Of a stretch of 64,000 nt of DNA, positions 1 to 13,500 are shown one piece after another (the stretch's first letter is position 1; each line of letters starts with the position of its first letter). The notes under the pieces are model-generated. The model was given only the letters and a program-made list of their open reading frames with translations, ran no database searches and was not told where the DNA came from. Source of the DNA: Lytechinus pictus (Eukaryota); assembly GCF_037042905.1 (NCBI RefSeq), contig NC_087250.1:25112001-25176000 (forward strand). The letters are read 5' to 3'. The position numbers were made by a program, and so were the translations under genes.

Positions 1-660
1 CCAATCACCGATGGGATAAACCCCAGGGCATCGCGGTGTGTATTGCCTTTCAGGGTAAACATTATCCGTCACAATTATTTACTGGGAATATTATCTGCCT
101 TCCGCGTTTTTGTTATACCCTGTTGACTAAGTAAAAGGCATCCAAACTTATTTTTCCCTGTCTCTCTCTTCATCATGTTCATGGCCCTTGAAAGCGGGTG
201 AGCTGCGCGTATTATTTTCCATAGGCAGCTGGTAGGTGTGTCAAATTGGAGAAATGTATTGAAATGACCACCATTTGGTGGTTTTTATTATTATTATTTC
301 ATTTTTTATTTCTTAGAACCAATACGATCTTCATTTTGTAGTAAAACTTTTTTTTTTTTTGCTTGTCAAATTTACTTCGGCACCCCCAGCAAAAAAAAAA
401 TCGTTTTCAGGGCCCTGCTCTCTTTACATTTTTTCTCGCATGAAAAGATGCAATTCATATTTGCACGTGAATTTTTTTTTTACACAACTTAATTGCATTT
501 GAAATTAACTCAATTTCGATGCCCTTTCACCAAGACTTCATTTATATTGAGTTTATACCTTTGATGAATATATTTTGTTTGGTTTGGTTTACTTTGTTTT
601 TTTTTAGAATAAAGATTGGGCAGGGGTGACGTCAGGGTATTTTTTAGCAATTGAATTACA

Positions 661-819
661 GGGGAGTGTTTCATCAACATTTTCATCCGACAAGTTGTCA
701 GATATGACATCTTTCTCTGATGTTGATTGGCTGAGAGGTACTGTTACTTTGGTAACTGTCGGATAAAATGGGACTTGTCGGATAAAACGTCCGACATGTC
801 CTTTCATGAAACGCTCCCC
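661..819. mobile_element. Harbinger-type MITE
   Basis: TIRs GGGGAGTGTTTCAT / ATGAAACGCTCCCC; related copy at ~37954-38095. Confidence 0.6.
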
Positions 820-1488
820 AGGGGTATTGGACCAAGGCGTCTCTTTTGCACACTCTTCTTACTTCTCTATTCTTCCACACTTTTCTTGATTTTTTTTACT
901 TTTGAACTAGACCCCTCGATGTCTTGCCATCCCTGGATATGGAAGCATAATGGGATGATTCGTTCAAAGACAGAATACAAAATGTGAAGAACTAAATAAA
1001 TCGGAAAAATAACCGCTGCACCAACACACAAAATATATTGAACAAAGGTCATTTTTATTTTATTCAGAAAAACAATAGCTTTGAAGAATAATGCTATGAC
1101 TAGCATGACTAAGTAATTGAAAAGGACAGGTTTTTTTTTATGTTATTGTATATAAATTAAGGGGGTGCTAATTATACGGATACAAATTAATTAAAACAAA
1201 TAAAAAGCTTTTTTATGAGTAGGCTTATAATTATGAGAAATAAGAAAAAAAAAGAAAAATCAACATCGTTTGATAGACCCAGTGCAAATTTAGGTCTAGC
1301 GTCATCTGCGACAATATCTGACGCAATTATTTTGAGGTTTTAATTTTTGATTTCTGAGTTCGAGTCATAATTTTGTCATGTTTGTGGTCGTCTGTATTTC
1401 TGCCGTAATGAAACGTACATTTTCTTGTAATTTGATTTAAAATGGGTTTCCTTTTTCTTACACGAGCCGAAGTTTACACAAAGTAAGG

Positions 1489-1513
1489 ATGGAAGTTGAC
1501 GATTATCACTTTT
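1489..1513 (+). CDS. Exon 1 (MEVDDYHF, phase 1) of SEC14-spectrin gene
   Basis: ATG in a CpG-rich region followed by T|gtaagt; joins in frame to the exon at 6698 (T+GT=Cys). Confidence 0.6.
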
Positions 1514-4500
1514 GTAAGTATACTTTTCACCCGAAATATTCGATTTTTTGGTGTTGTTTTGGCCGCGATGCTGAAATAAATTGAATTGTGTGTTGCTACT
1601 GACGCGGGCTAATCGTGCGTGGCAAGGTGTCGTGTTTCATGTGTGTGATGTCGCTGTCTGTCGTGAGCAGGTGAGCGTGTGACTGAGTGTATTAAAGTCT
1701 AAACTAACGTTAGAGTGTCAGGGAAAGATTCTTGGTTTTACAAACGATAAAAAACTGTGACGATGTGAATATTTGAATAGAATCTGACTGATATTTGTGG
1801 TTAACATTACAAAGATCATTGCTCAAGTCCCAGAATATTAAAGGCTCAGATCGATTCTAAGTAACTAAGTTACTACTAAATACTAGGCCTAGGCCTAGGC
1901 TATACCGGACGGTCATTATCTCAAAAACTAGCCGATATCCTTAAAATCTGACATCATCAACGTGAAAAGCGACCTAAAATTACCCTTTGCTTTGGTGTAA
2001 GTTTCTTTAGGATGAGTTCAGTAATCATGAAAATATTGACAAAAGATCGGCAAATTTGTCACCGTCGACCGTTGCCTTGGCGCCCGTTTTGAAGAAATCT
2101 GATATTCTCAACAAGCATCACGATATCACCATTTTGCAAGCAGAAATCATCAAAAATGTGAGTTAAATGTGGTACTAACTGATTCTATAGCATTTTGCTG
2201 TCAATCTGGTATAATTAAATATTTCACTTTTTGAGCTTGAGTTTTTGTTTAAATCTCCACAAAAACTTTGGTCCGCGAAGTTAGGTCACACTTTTCAGAA
2301 CAGTTTTCCAGCACAGCGCGCATTCGCCGATCGGAATAGAATTTTGAGATAGCGATACCGGCGAAACCCCTTGACCTACTTTACATTTTCGTCCATGATT
2401 TTATAGTTTAGGATCTTGCCGTCAATGTGGTAAATATTTCTTGAATTGGTTTTGTATAAATTATGAATATTTTGTGAACAAATTTAAGCCTGATGAATAT
2501 TTTTTAAAAGTCAGCGAAGTTTGGACACCCCATCATACTAGTTAGGCCTAGAATTTGAAAGTTCGAAAACACACAATTTCATAAATTTCTTCCTAACTCA
2601 CCTAAGACTAGTACATACCACCTGTGGTGTATTGTCGTAGCACTACATCCTGACTTATGGATCCTGCTGAGTATCGTCGTAGAAGTATTGTGGATTTGAA
2701 TGCTGAGTATCCACCGTTGAAGTTGTAACTTGTGGTAAAAAAGCCAACATATATTTATAATATTTATATATTTACAAACAAATGCAGACTAACAGTCTGA
2801 CATGTTGCACCTCACTCTTGCATATATTTGCTGAGGTGCTGTCTACGACGTTCGAGGTAGGGAATTCCATAACTTGGCAGTGGCAGGAAAGAAGGAATTT
2901 TTGTAACATTCCGTATTTGCAAATGGAATCATGAGTTTTTGATAATGACCTCGTCCTCGGGATTTGAAGGATGAGTGTTTCAGTTGTTGCTGGACGTCTA
3001 CAAGATTATTAATGATGCAATACATTAGTAGAGTCTTGGCTTGGGCCCTACGCTCTTGAAGGGTTTGCCACTGTAATTGTCGAAGCATAGCCATAGCAGA
3101 AATACTGCTTGTAGTTCGGTAGTCGTGACAAACATAGCGAGCGTACCTGTGTTGTATCATTTCCGGATTTCTGATTTTTGACTGTGTGAATGGGTCTCAG
3201 ATGCATACTCCATTATTGGCCTCAGGAGCATCTTATAACAAATGACCTTAGTGTTTCTTGCTGACACACCATGTTTTCCAATTCCAAACGGTGAACACAT
3301 GGTTGAACAACAACATTTCTGAGCTGACCAAGACAAATTCTGAGAAGAGACTCAGTGAGAGATGACACCAACGCAACGATAGGGGAGGGGGGGGGCAGTA
3401 AAAAGTTATATAGTTAGAGTAAAAAGTTACTCTCGATCCCCGTAATTGTGGTCTCTGTCCCTCGCATGTCATAAGGTTGTCCAATATCGCGAACAAGGGT
3501 AAAAATGGTCTTAAATTTTTTTTTTTATATGTTACAGATCTAGGTATTACCGTTCTGTAAATAATGAAAAAGTTTTAAGTCTGAAATACCTTTACTTTTC
3601 CTCAAAAAGACTAATTAACAGCTAATTAGACGTCAAAGTATATGAATTTTGAAATTTGTTTTCTCAAATTGAACCTGATGATGCATATAAAATGGTGTCA
3701 TAAATTAATGCAACTTTGGAATCCAAATTGGATCCCTCTAGTTGACTAGTATTTTGCAGTTTTAATCTTGTAACCTCAATAATTAAATGATCTGTAAAAA
3801 AAAGTTAATAATAATCTGATATTGTATGTATATTAATTACACAAATTAATAATATTTAATTTCACATTTTTGCCCCCAAAATGTCTGTCACTGTTTATGT
3901 GTTTGGCAAAATGACTACATCATGTGTAGAAATGTTTGTTGTGCACAATGAAACACCACTTTTGTACTAAAAAATTAAGCTTGCAAATTAGACAATTAAC
4001 CAAATTTCTCCAGTTTACTAATTGATAAGGTTGCAGATCAGAGCTGACATACACATGTATTTCATTCCTGCTTCAAAATTGTCAAATTTTTATAACATTT
4101 AGTTGTTCCCTGCATTTAAACTGCCTAGAAATATGAGGATGACATTAAATTATCATTCACCGCATCCACTAGCTCCGCCACCCCTGTTACTTCAAACTTT
4201 ATAATGTGCTGTAGTTTTTGTTCCTGATATTTTATTGATCTATTTTTATAGTAATATATCAAGCCTATTAAAAGCCCTATAGTTCTAGCTTCAAAATGAG
4301 ATCTTGCTCAATAAATTTGGTCAAGATTCTACAGTGATGTAGCAACAATTTATCCATGGCACAGTGAGGAAAATTGTTCATCCGCCACACTTTTTGCATA
4401 CCCAAAATGCGACCATTTGTCTTCGTTTAAGAGGTTATTCTTGATTTCTGGAACATTGTGCTGCCATTCAACATGTCATGGCAAACTCATTCACAAGCTA

Positions 4501-7500
4501 GCACACTCAATCTCCACAACACACAATATCACAGGCACTATCACTGATCACTCACCCCATGAAAGTCCAGATTTCAACTCCAAAATCACCTTTAAAAAGT
4601 CAAATTTTTGCCTTGAAAATGTGGAATCTGTGCCATATTTCCAGAGCATGTGGCGGCATAGAGCTCTTATAGTCATACGGTATTCAAGAAGTGGGGTCGC
4701 CAAAAATTCGCTAAGAATGAAGACAATATTTTGTTTTGAGATCGTGAACGTTTTAGCAACTTTAGGATCTTTTCTTCAAAATTACCAATCTTTCCAAAAA
4801 AGAAAAAAAAAAAAGAAATCTACTGTCTACAGCATTGATTTTGCACACAAATCAAGTTTACTGCATGCTAGCGCACAGTGGCAAATTGTCCATTTATTGT
4901 GTACAACGGATAGCCTAGCTCCGCACAGCGATTTGGAGACCGCTGATTGGTCCATCGCGCAGATAATATCATGACCACACGGTCACCAAAATACTTCATT
5001 CAGGTCGTGTGCAGAAGTATTGTTGGCGATAACGATATCTGGTCATATATCTGGTCTTGGTTTGTGATCGGATCGCTAGGTATCGATAAAAAATTATTGC
5101 GATTCGGAAATTTCATGCATATTCATGCAATGTTCTGAAACCCGGAAATCAATTGACTTTGTGCATGTTGCAATAGATTCTACAAACTATAACGAACACG
5201 ATGCAGTATCGATGCTACTTTTTTAGATTTTAAGGAAACAAGAAGTAATCAATATTTGCTTACCTGTGCGGTATCGTTGAGAAAACAGATCCTCCAAAAA
5301 TACCTTTCTATGATTCATATAAATATAGGAAAGTGATATTTTAAGTTGATTTTGGTATGAGGTGATAGAGAATTGCAGACTTGTTCTGATGGAATACTGT
5401 GTGGGGCACTGGGAGGCTTGCACTGCACATGCTTTAATACTTGTTGCAGTGGCTGGATGACATCATGTAGCAAAGTGCTAGCGGTGAACGCGATGCTATT
5501 CGTTCTATACAATTTGCCACTATGTAGCGGCAGGCCTCCATTCAACATGGCGTCCGAGCGTAATGCACAGAGCGAATGGCCGCTGCAACTTCCGGGTTGC
5601 ATACAGTATTGAATGCGTTGCAGCGCTCGCACGCACTGACTTTTGAAAGCAGGATGCGCTATGTCGAACAGAGGGCGGGGGCTGTGGAATCGAGTGCTCT
5701 GTCGAATTCATAAATTGGCTTGCGGTAGTGGCTGGATGACATCACGTAATAAGCAAAGTGTCGTCCGCTAGCGTTGAACGCGATATGGCGTCCGAGCATA
5801 ATGCACAGAACTAATGGCCACTGCAACTTTCGGGTTGCATATTGAATGTGTTGCAGCGCTCGCCCGCAATGACTTTTGAACGCGGGATGTGCCAAGTTGA
5901 ACGGAGGGCGGCGGCTGTGGAATAGCGGGCTCTGTCGAATTAAGGGCACAAAACATGACAATACATTTCAAGATTTTATGAACTATATTGAGATAGAAGT
6001 AGAAAATAAACATTAAAAATATGAAAATATATTTATCAAACATTGGTGCATAATTCATTTTGTGAAAAGCATTGTAGAATTAAAATATTGAAGATAATGT
6101 GTAGGTTACTACAGCTAGGAATTATCCAGCCATTTGATTAATTATGCACTTTATATCTAAGTTGTAAAACACACCCTGGAACTATGAGTATTCAGGACTT
6201 TTTGCATTTACTACGGAGACACTCTTGACAATGCACCAGTTCCTTTGAAAATGCAAGTCAAATTACAGTGGTGAGCTGAGCGGCTTTTGACGAAAGTTGG
6301 TGGAACTGGATAGCATCGGAATCTCTCGACACTGGACAACAACATTTTTGCTACTGTTCGTCTGGTGCAAATCTTCGGGTGATCAGCTGTCCCAGTCTAC
6401 CAGCTTTTGACAGTTAAGCCCATCAGCTCTCCATTGTGATTTTAATTGCATTTTCAAAGGAATCGATGCATTGTAGAGATTGTCTCCATAGTTAATGCAA
6501 AAACTCCCTGTTATAGTTTCTCGCTACCACTATTAGTGTTTCTCGCTACCACTATTAGTGTTTCTCGCTACTATTATTAGTGTTTCTCGCTAACACTGAT
6601 ACAGTTATAAAATTGTGATCACAGACAGTTTTATCTGACTCAACACAAGAGAACTCAAACGTACAATGACCCACATTTGTTTGTTTATTTTGTTCAGGTG
6701 AGTTGTTGAAGATGGAGCCTGTGGCCAGGATGCCAGACGAGGAGCTTCTACATTCTGAGGTGGCCATCATGTCAGGTAGGTCAAAGGTCGTGCTGTATCT
6801 TACGGAGATAGGTGAGATTTAAGGATGGTGCTCAAGGAAGGTGAGGTGGGCATTCAAAGCAATCATGTTCAATGGGTGTAACGCAAGCCCCAGGGCCTTG
6901 TCTTACAAAGAGCTATGATTGATCCGATCAACCACAAGTATATGGAAATCCATCAACATCGTATTTTTTTCTTTGGGAAATTTGCACAATGTCCTTTAAA
7001 TAAATTGTAAACAAAGAAGCACACCAAATTTTCAAGAAAACAATGATTGTATGAATATACCTCATATCTAGAAAATATTTTGAACAAACATGATGTTTAG
7101 TTTAGATGTTGACATTGCTGGCTTTCCATAGTTGTGGTTGATCAAATCAATCGTAAGTCTTTGTAAGACGGGGTTCTGGTCCAATCTCATGCTTGTTTTA
7201 TAGGGCACATCAGAGAATGTCACCATGTGAGGCTACAATTAGAATGTACAGGGAATTACAGGGCCATGTTGCTATTATTGTAACTTTGCCATCGAATGGT
7301 AATTTTCATGGAATCCTTGATTTTGATTGGCTGATGAGCATTGTGCTCATGGTAGTTACCATTGGATTGCAAAGTTACTAAAATAGTAACTTTGCCTTCC
7401 AATGGCAATTTTCCTGGAATCCTTGATTTTGATTTGGCTGATAAGCATGGTTACCATGGTAGTTGCCATTTGGTCGCAAAGTTACTAAAATAGTAACTTT

Positions 7501-10500
7501 TCTGCAACGGGGTCCAGTAGGTCTGTTGATAATGAAAGGGGATTCCATTGGGAGTGATGGATAATACCAATACCGTACTATCTTGATGTAGTAATCCCTT
7601 TGGCAGCTCATGTAAGAAGCTATACTGGGATGATGAATAAAGTGAGCTCTTGAAGGGGTACTTGAAAACTTACGAGCCTGACTTTATGGAAAGAACAGCT
7701 TTTCATTAATGATGTTTTAAAAGAGACATCTTTTTCATAGTCAATTATGTGGGGAAAATTGTACGGGAGGGTATACTACCTCCGCATCTTGGAAATCTAT
7801 AACATGTCGTATGTAGTCAAAGTACATATCATGTAATAAATATTTATATATGATGTAGAGTGATGATTTGAAAAATGAATGCAATTTTTATCCAAACTCT
7901 TTGTTTTTACCAGGTGGGCGGGATCAGAGCGGACGACCTCTTGTGACCTTTCCTGCACAGAATCATGGGATACTGGGGTCAAGGGTCATGGGCAGTGGGC
8001 TTGATCGCATCCTACGGTATTACATCAATATCACAAGGTCAGTATCTGGATGCTGCTTCAAGTATTTCACTATCTTGGGTTTCATCCTTGCTAGGTCTTG
8101 TCAGGGATTTTTTTTTTCTGGGGCTACCTTTTAGTTCACAAGACCAAATTTGCCACATTGTATTAAAGTTTACATTGGACCCTATTTGATTTTCAGGGGC
8201 TCTTTTTTAGTTTTGCAGGGCTATATAGGGCATTTCGGGGGCAGATTCGCCCCGAGCCCCCGTGTAATGTTTTTCCTGGTCATTGTATGCATGTACAAGT
8301 AACAAATAATAGAGAAAAATTTTATCAGCTGGGGATGATTTAGTCAATAAATTTTAAGCTTCATCCAACCTTTAATTATGTAGACTGATCAATTGACTTG
8401 AGACTGACTGATCAATCAGGAGTGGACGAAAGCTCGCCATATATAAATTAAAGGTTGGTTGAAGCTAAAAATTTATTCAACTAACAAGTATGTTTAAAAA
8501 AAATGAGCATATTCATTAATACTTATTATACTGATTATCATCTGGTATTCATTGTGCCAGTTAATTAACTATTTGTGGCAGACAGACCTCCACCTATTGT
8601 TTTTTTGTTCTAGTTGTAGAAAGAAAAGGAGGAGAAAGCAGAGAGGGACATGATAAAACTCTATTGTAATAGCTTTTTTACTTCTACATTTCTTCCCTTT
8701 TTAGAAAAATCTTATTACATTTCCTTTTCTGTTTGTTCTTTCAGTCCTACCACCAAGGTGCATGGTTTTGCTTTCATTGTTGATCTGCGGTTTTCATCGT
8801 TAGATTTCATCTCTATGCTCAAGTCTTCCCTAAACAGTTTACAGGTAATATCAATAATAATAATGATAATGAACAGTTATTGGATGATCTTTGTAGGTTT
8901 GCATGGTGGAGTTTATAAACAGTTATTGTACAGCGCATATTGTGTCATGATTATGACTTGGATATTATTACCCCGGTTGTAACGTGGCAGCCGTAATTAC
9001 GTACAGTGTGGAGCGTTGTGGCCCAGTGGATTAGTCTTCTGACTTTGAAACAGAGGGTCGTGGGTTCGAATCCCAGCCATGGCATAATTTCCTACAGCAA
9101 GAAATTTATCCACATTGTGCTGCACTCAACCCAGGTGAGGTGAATGGGTGCCCGGCAGGATTGATTCCTTGAATGCATGAGCGCTGAAAGGCAGCTCGAG
9201 CTAAAGCTGGGGTAATAATAATAAACAATGCGCCTCGGAATAGAATATTTCTAGATAGATGGCGCTATATAAATGTCTATTATTATTATACGCATTTCAA
9301 GGAATTAATTAGTGCCAGGTACCCATTTAGCTCACCTGGATCGAGTGCTGCAAAATGTGGATCAATTTCTTGCTGAAGGAAACTACGTCATGGCTGAGAT
9401 TTGAACCCAGAACCCTCAGTTTCAAAGCCTAAAAACTAAACACTGGGTCACAACGCTCCACAATGTTACATGTATCTCTTTACTCTGAAGGCAAGAAATA
9501 CACATGTACACCTGTCTATCATTTTATTGTGTCAGTAGAAGAAAGTCGTAATCACAGCATTGTAGTGCAACAGATAAATTGTGGCTGAATGAGACAAGCA
9601 TTGTGGTTGATCATCTTGGTCCTTTTGTTATAAACCTGATACAAGCTATCAACAAGAACTGCCTCAAAGAAACTCGTCTTGAATCGTATAGCTGTTTTCA
9701 ACTTAACAAGCCTCTATAAATTTACTTTGTCAGTTTTCTTTGTTAAATTTGGCTGAGAGAAAAAGATGTACTTCTCCCTTCAATGCACCCGTGTCTTGAA
9801 CTATAATAAATGGGCATATCCTTTGTCATTGCAGGCTGAAACAAGCAGTGTAGTCGGTCCATTTGTCCTGTACCTGATACAACCGATCAACAAGAAAAGC
9901 CTCAAAGAGACTCAGACTTTACTAGCACTCAGGCAGAGCAAGAAGAAGAGCAATAAACATATGCCATCTACACACTTCCAGGTAAATAGACATACAACCT
10001 ATGCTAGACTCCTCACAGTATTTGAACTTTGCTTGTATATGATTGGTATTTCTCAAAAGGGAAAGATTACTTTAAACCTTATTTGTATTATATGTAATTC
10101 TAAGGGAATCTTTCACAAAGAGTTTAAATGTGGCGTAAAGTTCTTGAATTTGAAATCAATTACAGAATTAAAGTATATATTCTATTATGACCCAGGAGCT
10201 TTCTAGATCATGATGAATATGCCATATTTAATATTCTTTCCCTGTCCTATATATCTGTTCCTATAGACGACCCTTGTTGTAGATGAAATGGATTTGTACA
10301 ATCACGTTGATAAGAGCCAGCTGACAGCGGATCTTGGTGGTTACCTCCAGTACTCACATAGCGCTTGGGTTCGCTTCAGAAAGGTAAGTTCCTTGAAAAT
10401 GATTTCCAGAATATCCAATATCCATGTCTGGGGGCAGTTATCTGTTTGAAAAATCTGCACTCAATCCTGATTGAATAAAAGAAAACCAATGACTAAAGCA

Positions 10501-13500
10501 AGACGGAAGTGTTAATGTCATTAAGCAGTCATTGTTCGTAGTCTTCCCCCTCAGGCTCATTCCTTGCATCAATGGTAAAAGCGAAAATATACTTGTAGCC
10601 TCAGCCTAGATTATGGGCTACCCCTTCCCCCCTTCCCCCCCCCCCCCCCAACTGTATAACTTGTCAAATATAACCTTTTCCTTGTTAGAAATGGCAGGGA
10701 AATTTGAGTAAAGTGAAGATATTTTTTTCCATCACCCACTAAACTAGTTGCAAATGGTTCTTATGATTAGGCTTAAGTCATTACGTTCATTTTGAAATGT
10801 GTTAAAACGCTTTTAAAAAATGAGTGGTGAAGATTAACCAGCACAGAAGTATTCACAAAAAGTTGCTGAAATATCACTCTTTTATTTCCATAAAGTATTT
10901 TCCTAATTTCCTTGACATTGGATTTCGTTGGAAACTATCAAGAAAATGAAGAATATTGCCATCTTTCTTGACTCTGAAAGATCGTTTTCAGTTGATGTTG
11001 TACTCAGTCTACCTACATGAAAGTCTACATGTGGAACCACAATACGTCCAATATTTATTTTAACCCAAAAATGGCCGGGGGGGGTTGATTCAACATTTTC
11101 TGCGATCATTCTGACGCGCGAAATTTTTTGACCGCGCCACTCGCAGAGTTTATACTTTTAAGTCTCGCGTATCTTTTCAGACCAAATTTACGATGCCCGG
11201 GTACGCGGTTCCGAAATTACGCAACATTTTGTAAGTGCATGTCAGACCAAAAATTGTTCCAAAACGTGATTTTGTGTACAAAGTCAATGCAAATTGAGTT
11301 TTCTCATCTTATTCATAAAGATATGATTATTTTTACTTTAAACAGCTGAAAGCAGTTGATTTTAGCATAATTATGCTTCAAAAAGGTTGTGCAATAAATC
11401 TGGTGAAAAAAACAAAGAAAAACGAAAGGTTGAAAAACAAAGAAATACACAAGAAATTCATAAAACAATAAAATACATAAGAAATTGATTTCCAAACCGA
11501 AGTTTTTTTCCATTGCCATTGTTAAGAATGCTACAAAGAATATTTTTACCAAAAATCAGCATTCTAGGAGCTTTATTTAGTGAATTAGAGCAAAAAGTAT
11601 GATTTATGCATACATTAGCATAATTAATTCATATAAAATAAAATCTCATTATTTTTGAAAATTTCACCATACAGCCTTGTAGATTACATCGCACACTACC
11701 AGCGTGCAAATTTTTGCGTCGCTCGCGTGATCCGCGGCCGAGATCTTAGGGGGGGTTGAATCAACCCCCCCCCCGGCCACAGAACAGCCAAAAAAGCCCG
11801 GCCTAGTTAGGGTTAATGATCGTTTGAAAGCTGTTTAAACATTTTGACTCAGCCCTACATGTTTTGTTTCTACGTTAGACTGTGGAGCCTTTCTTTGTGT
11901 GTTACGAGGAAGTGATTCCAAAGCTGCCTGATGCCTTCTCCAGACTTGACGATCTTGAGAGCTTTGATCTCGGAGAAACAAGAGAGGACTTAGAAAGACA
12001 GCGGGAGAACATAGAACATTTGATCAAAGATTTATTCAGGTTTGTGTGGTGTTTTTTATGGGTCATTCCTTTCAGACAGAGGGTGAATATTGAATTTGAC
12101 ATTTGAGGAACGTTTTGTGAAGAAAAATAGCACAGGTATTGGGCTCTGTTTAACTTAGATATAAATACAGTTTCGCAGTCTGACTTCATTTATTCAGTCA
12201 GACCGCAGGTCCCTATGCTAATGAGCAAAAAGGCCAGATTCATCCAAATCATCTCGTGGCTGAATCCTCCTCCTTGCAAAATCTCGTGATTCGTGAGATT
12301 TTCTTTCTCTAAGAATTTACCTGTTTTAATCTCAAATTAAATGAAATATTATTGCACCATCAGATAGAGTAAATGTTACTCTTTCATATTGGTCATTTAT
12401 TTTGTATACAATATTTTGTTAAATAAGTAAATTTCTGGCCTGAAAATGTGCCTCAAAACTGAATTTTCTTCCTCTGTTTTCTTTTGCAAATTGTGCAAAA
12501 CTTTTTATTTTGAGCCTCAATGATATCTATATCACCATAAAGCTGAACTTCTGTACTTTCTCACAATGCCACTCTTGATATGCGGCACCTTTTAATCGGG
12601 TCAAGATCACACTTTTCCCACCAAGGTACAAGACGAGATTTCTGAAATTTTGTACTTGCATGAAATCCAGAGTTCTGATTGGCTGGATAAGGTTCACAGA
12701 ACAACAGGCGCGGGGTATTTGAGGAGATTACCACATGGGAAGTGTGACCTTCCCATGAATCCAGGCACTGGAACCGTTGGAATTTGCCAATGGGTGGTCT
12801 CTTTGACCAATCAGTGTGCAGTATTCTTGTTTTCAAGCTGCTTTATGTACTTGGCAAATGAAAAGTGTGATCTTGACCCGATTAAACCAATTCTTATTTT
12901 GAAACCTATATCATTTTTAAGCATACATATTCAGCTTTATCATGATCTAAAAATCATTTGGGCTCAAACAAAAATAAAGTGTAAAAATAGCAGCTTTTGT
13001 CAGGTGAAAATAATTATTTTGTAGCATATTTTAGATCAAAATTTTAACCTATATTACAAAATCTTTGAATAAATTCAAACACATGACCTGAAAGAATGAT
13101 TCTTCTTCTTTACAATGATACCAAATTTATGAAATTCGATGCACAATTAGAGCAGCAATGACCGAATGAAAAGAGGTGTTTTGGTCCGCATCAAGCTCAT
13201 TAAATATGCAAAACATCTCAAGTCATGAATATCACTTGGATGAAAGAAGCCACTTTCTTGGGACCTGCCGTCTGACTGTATTTGTTGGAGTAGTATTAGG
13301 ATAGTGTGTAGCTGTTTGACAGCACACCATGTTTCTTTCACGGGCATATGATGGTCAGGAAACGGACCACCTAAGTATAAGGAAGAGAGAAAAAAAAAAA
13401 AAAAGAAGCAGGTAGCACTTTCAAATGAAGATGTTTCTTAAGATTGTCTGACGTAGCGTTCTGTGGTATTCAAATTCTAAGAAAGAAAGGATCGGCATAG

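Noticed and set aside
4417..4974. 185-aa ORF
   Set aside because: Intronic, non-ATG start, crosses a poly-A run, no recognisable motif
9009..9082. tRNA gene
   Set aside because: The A/B boxes continue into a SINE core and (ATT)n tail, so this is a SINE head
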